64,000 nucleotides of DNA from an uncultured delta proteobacterium (GTDB taxonomy: Bacteria > Desulfobacterota > Binatia > Binatales > Binataceae): positions 1,312,001 through 1,376,000 of the forward strand of contig CAVQEQ010000004.1 of the NCBI GenBank assembly GCA_963711565.1, written 5' to 3'. Below the pieces are notes generated by a model. It worked only from the letters and a program-made list of their open reading frames with translations. It did no database searches and was not told the origin of the DNA. Positions within the stretch are counted from its first letter, which is position 1, and the number at the start of each line of letters is the position of its first letter. Position numbers and translations under genes: made by a program. Shown piece after piece: positions 29,996-40,053 of the stretch.

Positions 29996-32224
29996 TCAGC
30001 CGGTTGCCTTTGCGAATTGCTGCATTTTAACAGGAAATTCGAGCACAAATCTACTTCCGCGAGGGCGGTTGTCGGTCACGCGGACGAAGCCGTGATGGTC
30101 GGTGACGACGGCGGACACGATCGCGAGGCCGAGTCCGGTGCCGCCCTTTTTGCCCGAATAGTACGGCTCGAAAATGCGGGTGCGCAGGCGCGGATCGATG
30201 CCGGGGCCGTTGTCCGCCACTTCGAGGGTGACGAGCGAATTGTCGGAAAGCCGGTGACTGCGCACTTCGATCCGCGGGCCGGCGCCGTTGTGACTGATCG
30301 CGGTCACGGCGGCGACGGCATTGTCGAGCAGGTTGACCAGCGCGCGCTTCATCGCGTCGCGATCGATCGGGATGAGCGGAATCGCGGGGTCGAGCGCGAG
30401 CGTAAACTCGACGTTGGGATTCGCCTCGCGGAAATTCGCGACGGTCTCGCTCGCGAGCGCGTTGATGTCGCCGGGGACCGGATTCAGATGCGGCATCCGC
30501 GCGAACGCCGAGAATTCATTGACGAGCCGCTTCAGATCCTCGACTTCGCCGATGATCGTCTTGGTGCATTCCTCGACCAGCGTCGATTCGATACCGGGGC
30601 GCGCGCCGAGCTGGCGCCGCAGCCGCTCTGCGGAAAGCTGGATCGGCGTCAGCGGATTTTTGATCTCGTGCGCGATTCGGCGCGCGACCTCGCGCCACGC
30701 CTCCATCCGCTCCACCTTCGCAATCTGGCTGACGTCCTCGAAGAACAACACCGTGCCGGCCGGCTCGTTGGGAGCGTCACCAAGCGGACTCGCGGTCATC
30801 ATCAGCTCGGTCTCGCTGCCCGCAATTTCCAGCTTGATCGTCGAGCGCGCCTCGCGCGGACGGGTGGCGAAAGCGAATACGTCGTCGAGCACGCGCGCGA
30901 GCGCGGGCGGAAAGGCGCCCTGGTAGTTGCGGCCGATGACGGCATCGGCGCTGAGATCAAGCAACCGCTCGGCGCATGGATTGATCGTGGTGACGACGCC
31001 GTCGTGGTCCAGCCCGACGACGCCGGCCGACACGTTGCGCAGCAGCGTCTCCGTGTATTGGCGGCGGCGCTCGAGCTCAGCGGCGGACGCGCGCAGGTCG
31101 GCGGTCATTTGGTTGAAGGAATCGACCAGCTGGCCGATCTCGTCGTCGCCCACCGCCGGGATACGGAAATTGAGATCGCCGCCGGCGATAGCCTGGGTGC
31201 CGCGCGCGAGCAGCTTGATCGGGCCGGTGATTCCGCGCGAGAGAAATATTCCGAACCAGCTCGCCAGCGTTACGACCACCAGCCCGATCAGCACCAGCGT
31301 CAGCAGGTAGCTGTTCATGATGGGCTGGCGAAGAATTCGGAGCTGGAAGTAGTCCTCGGATCCGCGCGAGATGTTGGTCGCGCGCGTCGCGAGGCTTTGC
31401 GGCAAATAGTAGTCGACCAGCACCGCGCCGAGCACGTTGTCGGTTTCGCTCGAGACGTAAATCGGCGCGGAGCCGCGCACCACGTCGGCGTTGCCGAGGC
31501 GGTCGGTGCGCGTGAGCGCCTGGCCTTTCAGCGTTTGCGAGATGATCGGCGAATCGGGCGACGCGCCGATGCCGGTGGGCGTCTTCGGACTGATGTCGAT
31601 GAGCAACAGTTTGCGATCGGCGGAGAACACCTCGATGGTGCCGAGGTTGTATTCCTGCTGGCGCTTGGCGATGAAGGTCTTCAGAGCGTCGCGCTTTTGC
31701 GGCGCGAGCAGGCCTTCCGCCGAGATCTGCTCGGCAAGCACGCGAGCGAAATGCGACGCGTTGTTGGCCGAGTTCAGGTAGTAGGTCTTCGCAATTTCGA
31801 GCGAGTCGTTGAGAATCTGCTCGTACTCGGGATTGAACCAGCTATTGATATTAGCGTGCAGGAAGACGCCCGACACGTAAAGCAGAAACGCGCTCGGAAT
31901 CAGCGCCACGGCGATGAATCCGGTCACCAGCCGGACCTGAAATTTCGATCCGATGAGGCCCCGGCGGCGCTCGAAGATGACCTTGGCGAGATTGCGTCCG
32001 ACCAGGAACAGCATCAGCCCGAGCAGCAGGAAGCTCAGGTTGAAGAGCGAGATGACCGCGAGGTTGGAAACCAGCGAGGTGTGACGCGTAAGCGGCGGCA
32101 ACTCGGTCTGCGCGAAGACGAATGCAATGAGCGTCGCGCCGGCTACGCCGACGGCGATCAGTTCGCGACGGCGCCGCTTGCGTTCTGCGAGCCGATGCGG
32201 ACTTACGGATTTTTTCGCTGCCAA
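29996..32224 (-). CDS. ntrY: NtrY-like membrane sensor histidine kinase (TM, extracytoplasmic domain, HAMP, PAS, HisKA, HATPase)
   Basis: AWREVARRIAHEIKNPLTPIQLSAERLRR H-box typical of NtrY; NLLDNA, DNGPG, GTGLGL. Confidence 0.88.
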   Translation of the reverse strand: MAAKKSVSPHRLAERKRRRRELIAVGVAGATLIAFVFAQTELPPLTRHTSLVSNLAVISLFNLSFLLLGLMLFLVGRNLAKVIFERRRGLIGSKFQVRLVTGFIAVALIPSAFLLYVSGVFLHANINSWFNPEYEQILNDSLEIAKTYYLNSANNASHFARVLAEQISAEGLLAPQKRDALKTFIAKRQQEYNLGTIEVFSADRKLLLIDISPKTPTGIGASPDSPIISQTLKGQALTRTDRLGNADVVRGSAPIYVSSETDNVLGAVLVDYYLPQSLATRATNISRGSEDYFQLRILRQPIMNSYLLTLVLIGLVVVTLASWFGIFLSRGITGPIKLLARGTQAIAGGDLNFRIPAVGDDEIGQLVDSFNQMTADLRASAAELERRRQYTETLLRNVSAGVVGLDHDGVVTTINPCAERLLDLSADAVIGRNYQGAFPPALARVLDDVFAFATRPREARSTIKLEIAGSETELMMTASPLGDAPNEPAGTVLFFEDVSQIAKVERMEAWREVARRIAHEIKNPLTPIQLSAERLRRQLGARPGIESTLVEECTKTIIGEVEDLKRLVNEFSAFARMPHLNPVPGDINALASETVANFREANPNVEFTLALDPAIPLIPIDRDAMKRALVNLLDNAVAAVTAISHNGAGPRIEVRSHRLSDNSLVTLEVADNGPGIDPRLRTRIFEPYYSGKKGGTGLGLAIVSAVVTDHHGFVRVTDNRPRGSRFVLEFPVKMQQFAKATG

Positions 32225-32228
32225 TTCG

Positions 32229-32441
32229 TCAACGCCTCATCAGCGAAAACAGCAGGGTCGCGGCGATACTGATCAGGATGCAGGTCGCAAGCGGGAAGTA
32301 GAAGGTGAAGTTGCCGCGACGGAGGTAGATGTCGCCGGGCAGCTTGCCGACATACGGCATCGACGATAATCCCCACAGTGCCAGGCCCACGACGATGATC
32401 GCGATACCGGCGAAGACCAGGCTTTTTCCTATCGGCGCCAT
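32229..32441 (-). CDS. DUF2905 family small membrane protein
   Basis: GKLPGDIYLRRGNFTFYFPLATCILIS. Confidence 0.85.
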   Translation of the reverse strand: MAPIGKSLVFAGIAIIVVGLALWGLSSMPYVGKLPGDIYLRRGNFTFYFPLATCILISIAATLLFSLMRR

Positions 32442-32514
32442 CGGGAAACAGACCCCGCACCGATTGTACAAGACGGGCGCCCCTTACAATACAAGGCCGC
32501 CCTGCCCCGCCCGG

Positions 32515-34638
32515 CTATGCGTGCGCGTGCGCGTGGCCCCCTGATTTGGCGCCGGCGGCCTCGCGCGCCGCGAGCGTCTCCTTGATAATTTTGTCAGCGA
32601 CCGGAGCCGGCGCCTCTTCGTAGTGCGAGAAGTGCTGCTCGAAGGAGCCGCGGCCCGACGTGATCGAGCGCAAGTCGGGAGCGTACTTCAACACTTCCGA
32701 CATCGGCACCTGCGCCTTGATCACCTGGCCGCTGCCCTTGCTGTCCATGCCGAGAACTTTGCCGCGGCGCGAATTCAGGTCACCAATCACGTCGCCCATG
32801 CATTCGTCGGGACACGCGACTTCGATCGCGACGATCGGTTCGAGGATGATCGGTCGCGCTTTTTCGAGGCACGCCTTGAAGCCCATCGACGCCGCGATCT
32901 GAAACGCCATGTCCGACGAATCGACGTCGTGATAGCTGCCGTCGAAGACCGTGACCCTCACGTCCACCATCGGATAGCCGGCCAGAAATCCCTCGGGCAG
33001 AGTGTTGCGCACGCCCTTCTCAACCGACGGAATGAAGTTGCGCGGGATGACGCCGCCGACGATGTTGTCGACGAACTCGAAGCCCTTGCCGCGCGGCATC
33101 GGCTCGATCTTGAGCCAGCAATCGCCGTATTGCCCGCGCCCGCCCGACTGGCGCTTGTATTTGCCCTGCGCCTCGGCGCGTCCCTTGATCGTTTCCTTGT
33201 ACGGAACCTTGGGCGCTTGCAGCTCGACGTCGACGTTGAATTTGCGGCGCAGCTTCTCGACCGTGATCTCAATATGCATCTGGCCGGTGCCCGACAGGAT
33301 GATGTCGTGAGTCTGCGGGTCCCGATGCATTTCGAGCGCGAGATCCTCCTCGATCAGCTTCTGGAGCGCGCCGGACGACTTCTCCTCGTCGCCCTTGGTC
33401 TTGGGACGAATCGCGAAAGAGATGACTCCGTTCGGACGCGTCAGCGGCGGCATCACGAGCACCGGCGCCTTCTCGTCGCATAGCGTGTCGCCGGTGGTGG
33501 TGTCCTTGAGCTTGGCGACGGCGACGATTTCGCCGGCGATCGCGCTGGCGATAGGCGACTGCTTCTTGCCCTCGAGCCGCAGCAACTGGCCGAAGCGCTC
33601 CTTTGTTTCGCGCGTCGAGTTGAACACGGCCGCATCGGTTTGAGCGTGGCCCGAAATGATACGAAAGATGGAGAGCTTGCCCGCGAAGGGATCGATAATC
33701 GTCTTGAATACCAACGCGGCGAACGGCGCGGACGGATCGGCGGGACGGCTCACCGGCTCGCCGGTGGTGGGATTCTGGCATTCCACCGGCGGACGTTCGT
33801 TGGGCGCAGGCAGAAACGTTGTGACAGCGTCGAGCAGCGGCGCGATACCGATATTCTTCGCGCCCGATCCGCAGAAGACGGGCGTGATCTTGCGCTCGAC
33901 GACGGCCGCATGCAGCGCCGCACGCACTTCGGCATCGTCGAGCGTGCCCTTGTCGAGATATTTCTCGAGCAGCGCATCGTCGGTCTCGGCGACCGCCTCG
34001 AACAGCGCGGTGCGCGCCGCTTCCGCCTGGGTCTTAAGGTCGGCTGACAGTTCCTCTTCTTTGAATTTTCCGCTGGTATCGGCGTAAGTGAGCGCCTTCA
34101 TCGCGAGCACGTCGACGACGCCCTTGAAGCCGAGCTCCTCGCCAATCGGGATCGTCAGCGCGACGGCACGCGCGCCCAGAACCTTCTCGAGATCCTTCAT
34201 CGCCGCGTCGAAGCTGGTGCGCTCGCGATCGAGCCGCGACACAAACGCGATTCGGGGCAGTTTGAGGTCTTCGGTTGCAGCCCAGATTTTTTCGGATTCG
34301 ACTTTAGTGTCGCTGCCCGGACTTATCAGCATCACGACACCGTCCACCGCGCGCAGAGTCGTGAGCGTCTCCGGCAGGAAGGCGCTGTAACCGGGCGTGT
34401 CGGCGAAAATTACTTCGGTCTTTTTCCAGTTGAGATGGTTGAACGCGGAACTGATCGAAATGTGATGTTTGGTTTCCTCGGGCTCGAAGTCCATCGCGGC
34501 CGAGCCGTCGTCGGGCTTCCCGAGCCGCTGCACCGCGCCCGCCGTGAAGAGCATCGCGTCGGCGGCCTGCGTCTTGCCGGTCCCGCCCTGGCCCACGATT
34601 GCGATTGTCCTAAGCCGTCCGATTTCCTCCACAGCCAT
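32515..34638 (-). CDS. Elongation factor G paralog (EF-G2-like)
   Basis: GQGGTGKT, DTPGY, RQSGGRGQYG, DGSYHDVDSS; divergent effector and G4 motifs; not in an str operon. Confidence 0.9.
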   Translation of the reverse strand: MAVEEIGRLRTIAIVGQGGTGKTQAADAMLFTAGAVQRLGKPDDGSAAMDFEPEETKHHISISSAFNHLNWKKTEVIFADTPGYSAFLPETLTTLRAVDGVVMLISPGSDTKVESEKIWAATEDLKLPRIAFVSRLDRERTSFDAAMKDLEKVLGARAVALTIPIGEELGFKGVVDVLAMKALTYADTSGKFKEEELSADLKTQAEAARTALFEAVAETDDALLEKYLDKGTLDDAEVRAALHAAVVERKITPVFCGSGAKNIGIAPLLDAVTTFLPAPNERPPVECQNPTTGEPVSRPADPSAPFAALVFKTIIDPFAGKLSIFRIISGHAQTDAAVFNSTRETKERFGQLLRLEGKKQSPIASAIAGEIVAVAKLKDTTTGDTLCDEKAPVLVMPPLTRPNGVISFAIRPKTKGDEEKSSGALQKLIEEDLALEMHRDPQTHDIILSGTGQMHIEITVEKLRRKFNVDVELQAPKVPYKETIKGRAEAQGKYKRQSGGRGQYGDCWLKIEPMPRGKGFEFVDNIVGGVIPRNFIPSVEKGVRNTLPEGFLAGYPMVDVRVTVFDGSYHDVDSSDMAFQIAASMGFKACLEKARPIILEPIVAIEVACPDECMGDVIGDLNSRRGKVLGMDSKGSGQVIKAQVPMSEVLKYAPDLRSITSGRGSFEQHFSHYEEAPAPVADKIIKETLAAREAAGAKSGGHAHAHA

Positions 34639-34731
34639 GGAGTCACCTCTCAGCTTGCCCGCCGGGACCAGCGCCGATTTCAGAGCGCCGCGCCCCGATC
34701 GATGCAGTTATTTCGCGTTCGTCACATAAAC

Positions 34732-35529
34732 TTACTCGTACGCCCCCTCCACACTCACCTCACCCGCGACAATTCGTTCGACGCGGTCTCCGATGTCTAG
34801 CAGCAGTGCACCGGTCGCGTCGATTCCTTTCACCACTCCCGTCTGACGCCTGTCGCCGTCCACGATCGCGATGCGCCTGCCTGTCAACGCCGAGAAACGC
34901 TCCCACGCCGGGCGGACCGCATCGAAGCCGCGCGTGACCGTTTCCATATAGCGAGAGTCGAGCAGATTAAAAAGCGAATCGGCGATCGCAATCCGGTCGC
35001 ATGCATGGCCCGTCGCGATACGCATCGAGGTCGCCTTGTCGCGCAAATCGGGCGGGATATCGTCGGCGGCGAGATTGATATTGATGCCGATACCGAGCAG
35101 CACGCAGTCGAGATTCTGCCGCGCGTCGGTCACGGCCTCGGCTATTATGCCGCCGGCCTTGCGCCCGCGCAGCCACACGTCGTTGGGCCACTTGAGCGCG
35201 ACGATTCCAGGCGCCTCGCGTTCCAGCGCTTCGGCGGCGGCGACGCCGGCGACCAGGCTCATCCGCGGCACGTCGGCAAGCGGAATCGGCGGGCGGAGAA
35301 TTATCGTAGTGTAGAGATTGACGCCGGACGGCGAATGCCACGTGCGGCCCATCCTGCCCCGCCCCGCGGTCTGCCTCTCGGCGATAACCAGTGTGCCCTG
35401 GTCGGCGCCGCTCGCAGCCAACTCGCGCGCAGCCTCCTGGGTGGAGTCGATCTCGTCGAAATAATGGATTCGCCAGCCGATCCGGCCCGGCGCGCCTCGT
35501 TCAATAGGAAGATATGGATTATGAGGCAT
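34732..35529 (-). CDS. birA: Biotin-protein ligase (no N-terminal HTH)
   Basis: DSTQ, QTAGRGRMGRTW, LKWPND, KAGGI, GIGIN. Confidence 0.93.
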   Translation of the reverse strand: MPHNPYLPIERGAPGRIGWRIHYFDEIDSTQEAARELAASGADQGTLVIAERQTAGRGRMGRTWHSPSGVNLYTTIILRPPIPLADVPRMSLVAGVAAAEALEREAPGIVALKWPNDVWLRGRKAGGIIAEAVTDARQNLDCVLLGIGININLAADDIPPDLRDKATSMRIATGHACDRIAIADSLFNLLDSRYMETVTRGFDAVRPAWERFSALTGRRIAIVDGDRRQTGVVKGIDATGALLLDIGDRVERIVAGEVSVEGAYE

Positions 35530-35575
35530 TACTTTAAGTTCTCAACAAACGTCGGGCGCGCACGGCGCCCGCCAA

Positions 35576-36424
35576 TCAGACCGCGTCAATTCTCATGCTG
35601 ATATCCAAAAATCGCGCCGAATGCGTCAGCGCACCAACGGAGATTAGATCAACTCCCGTCTCCGCAATAGCGCGAACTATCTCGAGGGTCACGCCGCCCG
35701 AAACTTCAAGCTGAACTTTCAATCCCGCGAGCGCGCGCGCCTTGCGGATATTGTCGAGCGTCATGTTGTCGAGCAGGATCGCATCGGCGCCGGCCTTAAG
35801 CGCTTCTTCAACTTGCGCGAGCGTCTCGCATTCGATTTCGATTTTGAGCGTATGCGGCGCGACCCGGCGCGCACCTTCGATCGCCTTCGTCACCGTACCG
35901 GCCGCCGCGATATGGTTCTCCTTGATCAGCACGCCGCTGTCCAGCCCGAGGCGATGGTTATGCCCGCCGCCGACGCGGACAGCGTACTTCTCGACAATGC
36001 GCAGCCCAGGATGAGTCTTGCGCGTGTCGATGATTTTCGCGCGAGTGCCCGCGACCGCATCGACGAACGCCCGCGTTGTCGTCGCGATTCCCGAGAGTAG
36101 TTGCACGAAGTTGAGCGCGGTGCGTTCGCCAATCAGCAATCCCGCGAGCTTGCCGTCGATCTCGGCGAGTACATCGCCAGCCTTCAGCTCTGCGCCTTCC
36201 GGCTTGAGCGACGCCATTCGCGGCGCAGCACCCGCCTGCCGCATGACGGGCTCAATCAGGACGCCTCCAGCGAGAATCATCCGCGGCTCTTTGACGGTGA
36301 TCCTCGCGCGCCCCATCGCACCCGGCGCGACAGTCGCAGCGGTAGTGATATCGCCCTGCCCCACATCCTCAGCAAGCGCGCGCTTGATGAGGTCAGTGGG
36401 ATCGAATTGCTTGAACAGTTCCAC
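35576..36424 (-). CDS. nadC: Nicotinate-nucleotide diphosphorylase (carboxylating)
   Basis: ERTALNF, DTRKTHPG, NHRLGL, LLDNM, SVGALTHSA. Confidence 0.96.
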   Translation of the reverse strand: MELFKQFDPTDLIKRALAEDVGQGDITTAATVAPGAMGRARITVKEPRMILAGGVLIEPVMRQAGAAPRMASLKPEGAELKAGDVLAEIDGKLAGLLIGERTALNFVQLLSGIATTTRAFVDAVAGTRAKIIDTRKTHPGLRIVEKYAVRVGGGHNHRLGLDSGVLIKENHIAAAGTVTKAIEGARRVAPHTLKIEIECETLAQVEEALKAGADAILLDNMTLDNIRKARALAGLKVQLEVSGGVTLEIVRAIAETGVDLISVGALTHSARFLDISMRIDAV

Positions 36425-36493
36425 CGCTACCTGCGATCCGCTCGATTGTTAGGGGTTTTCCGCGCGTGGCTTCTTATTGTTTTGTGTTATTTT

Positions 36494-36675
36494 GTGTCAT
36501 TCAGAGCGGAGTCTGCGAAGCGAAGAATCCCGGATCTTCTCGACGCTCGCCCACGCACGCCCGGCCAACATTCATCGAGATGCTCTGCGCAGATTGAGCA
36601 AAGGGATACGCCACGATTGCGGAGTGCTTGTCTCCGCGTGGCGTCCGGGATTCTTCGCTCCGCTCTGAATGACAC
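36494..36675. repeat. Repeat family D: MITE-like palindromic element with about 32-bp inverted ends
   Basis: Left GTGTCATTCAGAGCGGAG[tctgcgaag]CGAAGAATCCCGGA; right TCCGGGATTCTTCGCTCCGCTCTGAATGACAC; half copy at 46059-46089. Confidence 0.8.
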
Positions 36676-36702
36676 GGAGGGTTCATGCGAGAATAACGTT
36701 GT

Positions 36703-39372
36703 TCATGCGATTACGAGCTTCTTCTTTCTGGCGCGTTCTTCGAGTTGGCGCAGTTGTTCGGTTAGCAACTTTCGCTGGGCCTGCAGTTCTTCGAATCGCT
36801 GCGCTACTTCCGCTCGCGTCTCAGGGTCGGCTTTCGCCATGAAGCGCGGGTCGTTCAAGCGCGCTTCATGTTGGGCGAGGTGCTTGGAGACCTCATTAAG
36901 CTTCTTCTGCACTATCTGGCGTGCAAGTTCGAAATCGAACCCGTCGGGCGCATCGACGCCCACGTCTGCCCACGCAAGATGCGAGAACACCGCTCGATCT
37001 CCTGACGTATCGGGATTCAAAGCTTCGAGCTTAGCGAGCGTCGTCGCATACGATCGCCAGCTTTCCAGCTCTTTGGCATCACTTGCTTTTATCAAAGCAG
37101 TAACCCGCTGACCGGGATGCCAGCCGAGCAGCGAGCGCAGCGAATTGATCGCTTCCGTCGCTTCGATGCAGTGATTCATCGCGATCTCTTCCGCTGCCGA
37201 CAGCGGATTCATCGCCGACGGTTCCGGATACTTCGCGATCGGTAGATGCGCTGCGAGATTCGGCTCGTCGATGTACGGCCTGATCACCTGCCAGATCTCC
37301 TCCGACACGAACGGCATGAACGGGTGCAGCAGACGTAGCATCTTGTCGAAGACGTTGATCAGCACCCATCGCGCGCCTTCCTGACGCTCGCCGCCCGCCT
37401 TGAGCGGTTCCTTCGACAGCTCGATGTACCAATCACAGAACTCGTGCCAGATGAACTGATAGAGCTTCATCGCGGCGACGTTGAATTCGTAGTCGTCGAT
37501 CGAGCCGCTGACCTCGCGAATCGTGACGTCCAAGCGCGAGAGGATCCATCGCTCGGCCAGTCCCAGCTTCGCGATTTCCACTTTCGGCAGAGGTTGTGGC
37601 GCGCCTTCGAGATTCATCATCACGAAGCGGGCGGCGTTCCAGATTTTGTTGGCGAAGGCGCGCGATGCGGCGAACCTGTCGTGCGACAGGATTACGTCGC
37701 GGCCTTGCGCGGCCAACTGCGCCAGTGTGAAGCGGACCGCGTCGGCCCCGTACTGGTTCATCAACTCGAGCGGGTCAACGACGTTGCCCTTCGTCTTGCT
37801 CATCTTCTTGCCGTCTTTGTCGCGGACCAGCGGCGTGATGTACACGTCCTTGAACGGCACCTTGTCGGTGAACTCGAGCCCGAACATCATCATGCGCGCG
37901 ACCCAGAAAAATATGATGTCGAAACCGGTGAGCAGCAGGCTGGTCGGGTAGTAGCGCGCGAAGTCCGCGGTGTTTTCCGGCCAGCCGAGCGTGGACATCG
38001 GCCACAAGCCCGAGCTGAACCACGTGTCGAGCACGTCGTCGTCCTGGACGATGTCGGAGCCGTCGCATTCGGGGCATCGCGACGGACGCTCGGCGGCGAC
38101 GAACAGATGGTCGCATCGCACGCACCTGTACGCGGGAATCCGATGGCCCCACCACAGCTGGCGCGAGATACACCAGTCGTGGATGTTCTCGAGCCAGTTG
38201 AAAAACACGTTCTCCCATCGCTTCGGATGGAAGGTCGTGTCGCCCTTGCGCACCGCTTCCATCGCGCGATCGGCCATCGCGCGCATCGCGAGGAACCACT
38301 GCTCGGAGAGCATCGGCTCGACCACGCTATCGCATCGCGAGCATACGCCGACTGCATGCTTGTGCGGCTCGATCTTTTCGAGGAGCCCGGCAAGCTCGAG
38401 GTCCTTGACGATTTGTTTGCGGGCGCCCTCGCGCGACAGCCCGCGATATGGGCCGCCATTTTCGTTGATGTGCGCAGCGTTGTCGAAGATCGAAATTTGG
38501 TCGAGGTCGTGACGTTTGCCCAAGTCGAAGTCCACCGGGTCGTGCGCGGGTGTAACCTTCAGCGCGCCGGTGCCGAATTCGCGATCGATCGCGGCGTCCG
38601 CGATAATTTTTATTTCGCGCTTCGTCAGCGGCAGACGGAGCGTCTTGCCGACGTACGACTTGTAGCGCTCGTCGTCGGGATTCACGGCGACCGCCGTGTC
38701 ACCGAGCATCGTCTCGGGCCGTGTCGTCGCGATCATGATTGCGCCCGAGCCGTCGGCGAACGGGTAGCGGATGTACCAAAGACTGCCCTGAACGTCCTGG
38801 TGATCGACTTCGAGATCGGACAGCGCCGTTTCGCATCGCGGGCACCAGTTGATCAGCCGCATCGCGCGGTAGATGAGTTTCCTGTTGTAGAGATCCACGA
38901 AGACTTGGGTCACCGCCTGCGACAAGCCCGCGTCGAGCGTGAAGCGCTCGCGGCTCCAGTCGCATGACGCGCCGAGGCGGCGCAACTGATTGAGGATGCG
39001 GTCGCCGTAGGTCTCGCGCCATTCCCAGACGCGATCTACGAATGCGTCGCGGCCGAGCTGATGGCGGTCCTTGCCTTCCTTCGCGAGATCCTTCTCGACG
39101 GCATTCTGCGTGGCGATGCCGGCGTGATCGGTGCCGGGGAGCCACAGCGTGTTGTAACCCTGCATCCGGCGCGTGCGGACTATTATGTCCTGGAGCGAGA
39201 CGTTGAGCGCGTGGCCGAGGTGGAGTTGGCCGGTGACGTTAGGCGGCGGGATGACGACCGAGAAGACTTTGCCCGGGCGCGCGGGATCGGCCTTGAAGTA
39301 ACCGAGGTCGATCCACAGTTGAAACCATCGCTCCTCAGCGGACTTGGAATCGAATGTTTTGGGCAAATCCAC
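36703..39372 (-). CDS. valS: Valine--tRNA ligase
   Basis: PPPNVTGQLHLGH, WCISRQLWWGH, KMSKT, C-terminal coiled coil; GTG 39372 preferred start. Confidence 0.97.
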   Translation of the reverse strand: MDLPKTFDSKSAEERWFQLWIDLGYFKADPARPGKVFSVVIPPPNVTGQLHLGHALNVSLQDIIVRTRRMQGYNTLWLPGTDHAGIATQNAVEKDLAKEGKDRHQLGRDAFVDRVWEWRETYGDRILNQLRRLGASCDWSRERFTLDAGLSQAVTQVFVDLYNRKLIYRAMRLINWCPRCETALSDLEVDHQDVQGSLWYIRYPFADGSGAIMIATTRPETMLGDTAVAVNPDDERYKSYVGKTLRLPLTKREIKIIADAAIDREFGTGALKVTPAHDPVDFDLGKRHDLDQISIFDNAAHINENGGPYRGLSREGARKQIVKDLELAGLLEKIEPHKHAVGVCSRCDSVVEPMLSEQWFLAMRAMADRAMEAVRKGDTTFHPKRWENVFFNWLENIHDWCISRQLWWGHRIPAYRCVRCDHLFVAAERPSRCPECDGSDIVQDDDVLDTWFSSGLWPMSTLGWPENTADFARYYPTSLLLTGFDIIFFWVARMMMFGLEFTDKVPFKDVYITPLVRDKDGKKMSKTKGNVVDPLELMNQYGADAVRFTLAQLAAQGRDVILSHDRFAASRAFANKIWNAARFVMMNLEGAPQPLPKVEIAKLGLAERWILSRLDVTIREVSGSIDDYEFNVAAMKLYQFIWHEFCDWYIELSKEPLKAGGERQEGARWVLINVFDKMLRLLHPFMPFVSEEIWQVIRPYIDEPNLAAHLPIAKYPEPSAMNPLSAAEEIAMNHCIEATEAINSLRSLLGWHPGQRVTALIKASDAKELESWRSYATTLAKLEALNPDTSGDRAVFSHLAWADVGVDAPDGFDFELARQIVQKKLNEVSKHLAQHEARLNDPRFMAKADPETRAEVAQRFEELQAQRKLLTEQLRQLEERARKKKLVIA

Positions 39373-39564
39373 CGGTATCGCTCCGTCGAAAAAAGGGCGC
39401 GAGCGCCCTTCGCTCAAATCATATTGTCCGCGCCGTCACCTCTCAAGCGCGCAACTCAGCGCGTCGATCTACAGCTTGTAAAGTCGCGCGGGTTGATAAT
39501 ATCGTGCGCATGCTTGTATTGGGGACTGGGGACCGGACGTATATGACCGCGTAGGGGAAATTTC

Positions 39565-39819
39565 ATGGCTGACGTGTTTCGCAAACTGGGTATGGCAGCC
39601 GCGCTCGGAACGTTGCTCGTCGCCGGCATGTCGGGATGCGGCTCAATGTCCACTGACCACGTCGATTGCAACGTCGTGAAGCTGCAGCAGCAATCGGGCC
39701 GCTCCGATTCTGAGATCGCGTCTGCCATCGGCGGCAGCGAAGCGGATGTCGCGAAGTGTCACGGCGCGGAACATACGAGCAACAAGGATTCCACCAGCGC
39801 GGTCCCTTCGACGTATTGA
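39565..39819 (+). CDS. Small lipoprotein of unknown function
   Basis: AGGGGA RBS, signal peptide ending MSGC, two further Cys. Confidence 0.65.
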   Translation: MADVFRKLGMAAALGTLLVAGMSGCGSMSTDHVDCNVVKLQQQSGRSDSEIASAIGGSEADVAKCHGAEHTSNKDSTSAVPSTY

Positions 39820-39849
39820 GCGCGCCGCGGCGTTCCGGCGTATCAAAAC

Positions 39850-39935
39850 TGGTGCGAGAGAGGGGACTTGAACCCCTACGAGCTTGCGCTCACAAGGTCC
39901 TGAGCCTTGCGCGTCTGCCATTCCGCCACTCTCGC
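39850..39935 (-). tRNA. tRNA-Leu(CAG)
   Basis: GCGAGAG acceptor, TGGCGGAATGGCAGACGC D arm, CAAGG-CTCAGGA-CCTTG anticodon arm, long variable arm, GTTCAAGTC, CCA end. Confidence 0.97.
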
Positions 39936-40053
39936 GAGCGAGGACAAGAGTATACGGTTTAACCGGCTGATGATTCCAATTCAAGACGGGTTTCCAAAAT
40001 TCGCGCGGCCGTCTTGAGCGCGCGGCCTCAGTGACACACAATCTGCGGTTACG

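Noticed and set aside
29708-32272. 854-aa plus-strand ORF and similar long antisense ORFs (1727-3232, 5824-7203, 37444-38967, 48334-49797)
   Set aside because: Shadows of real genes on the opposite strand in high-GC DNA; no recognisable motifs
39820-39935. Integrative element at tRNA-Leu
   Set aside because: No integrase and no duplicated tRNA 3' end seen in the window
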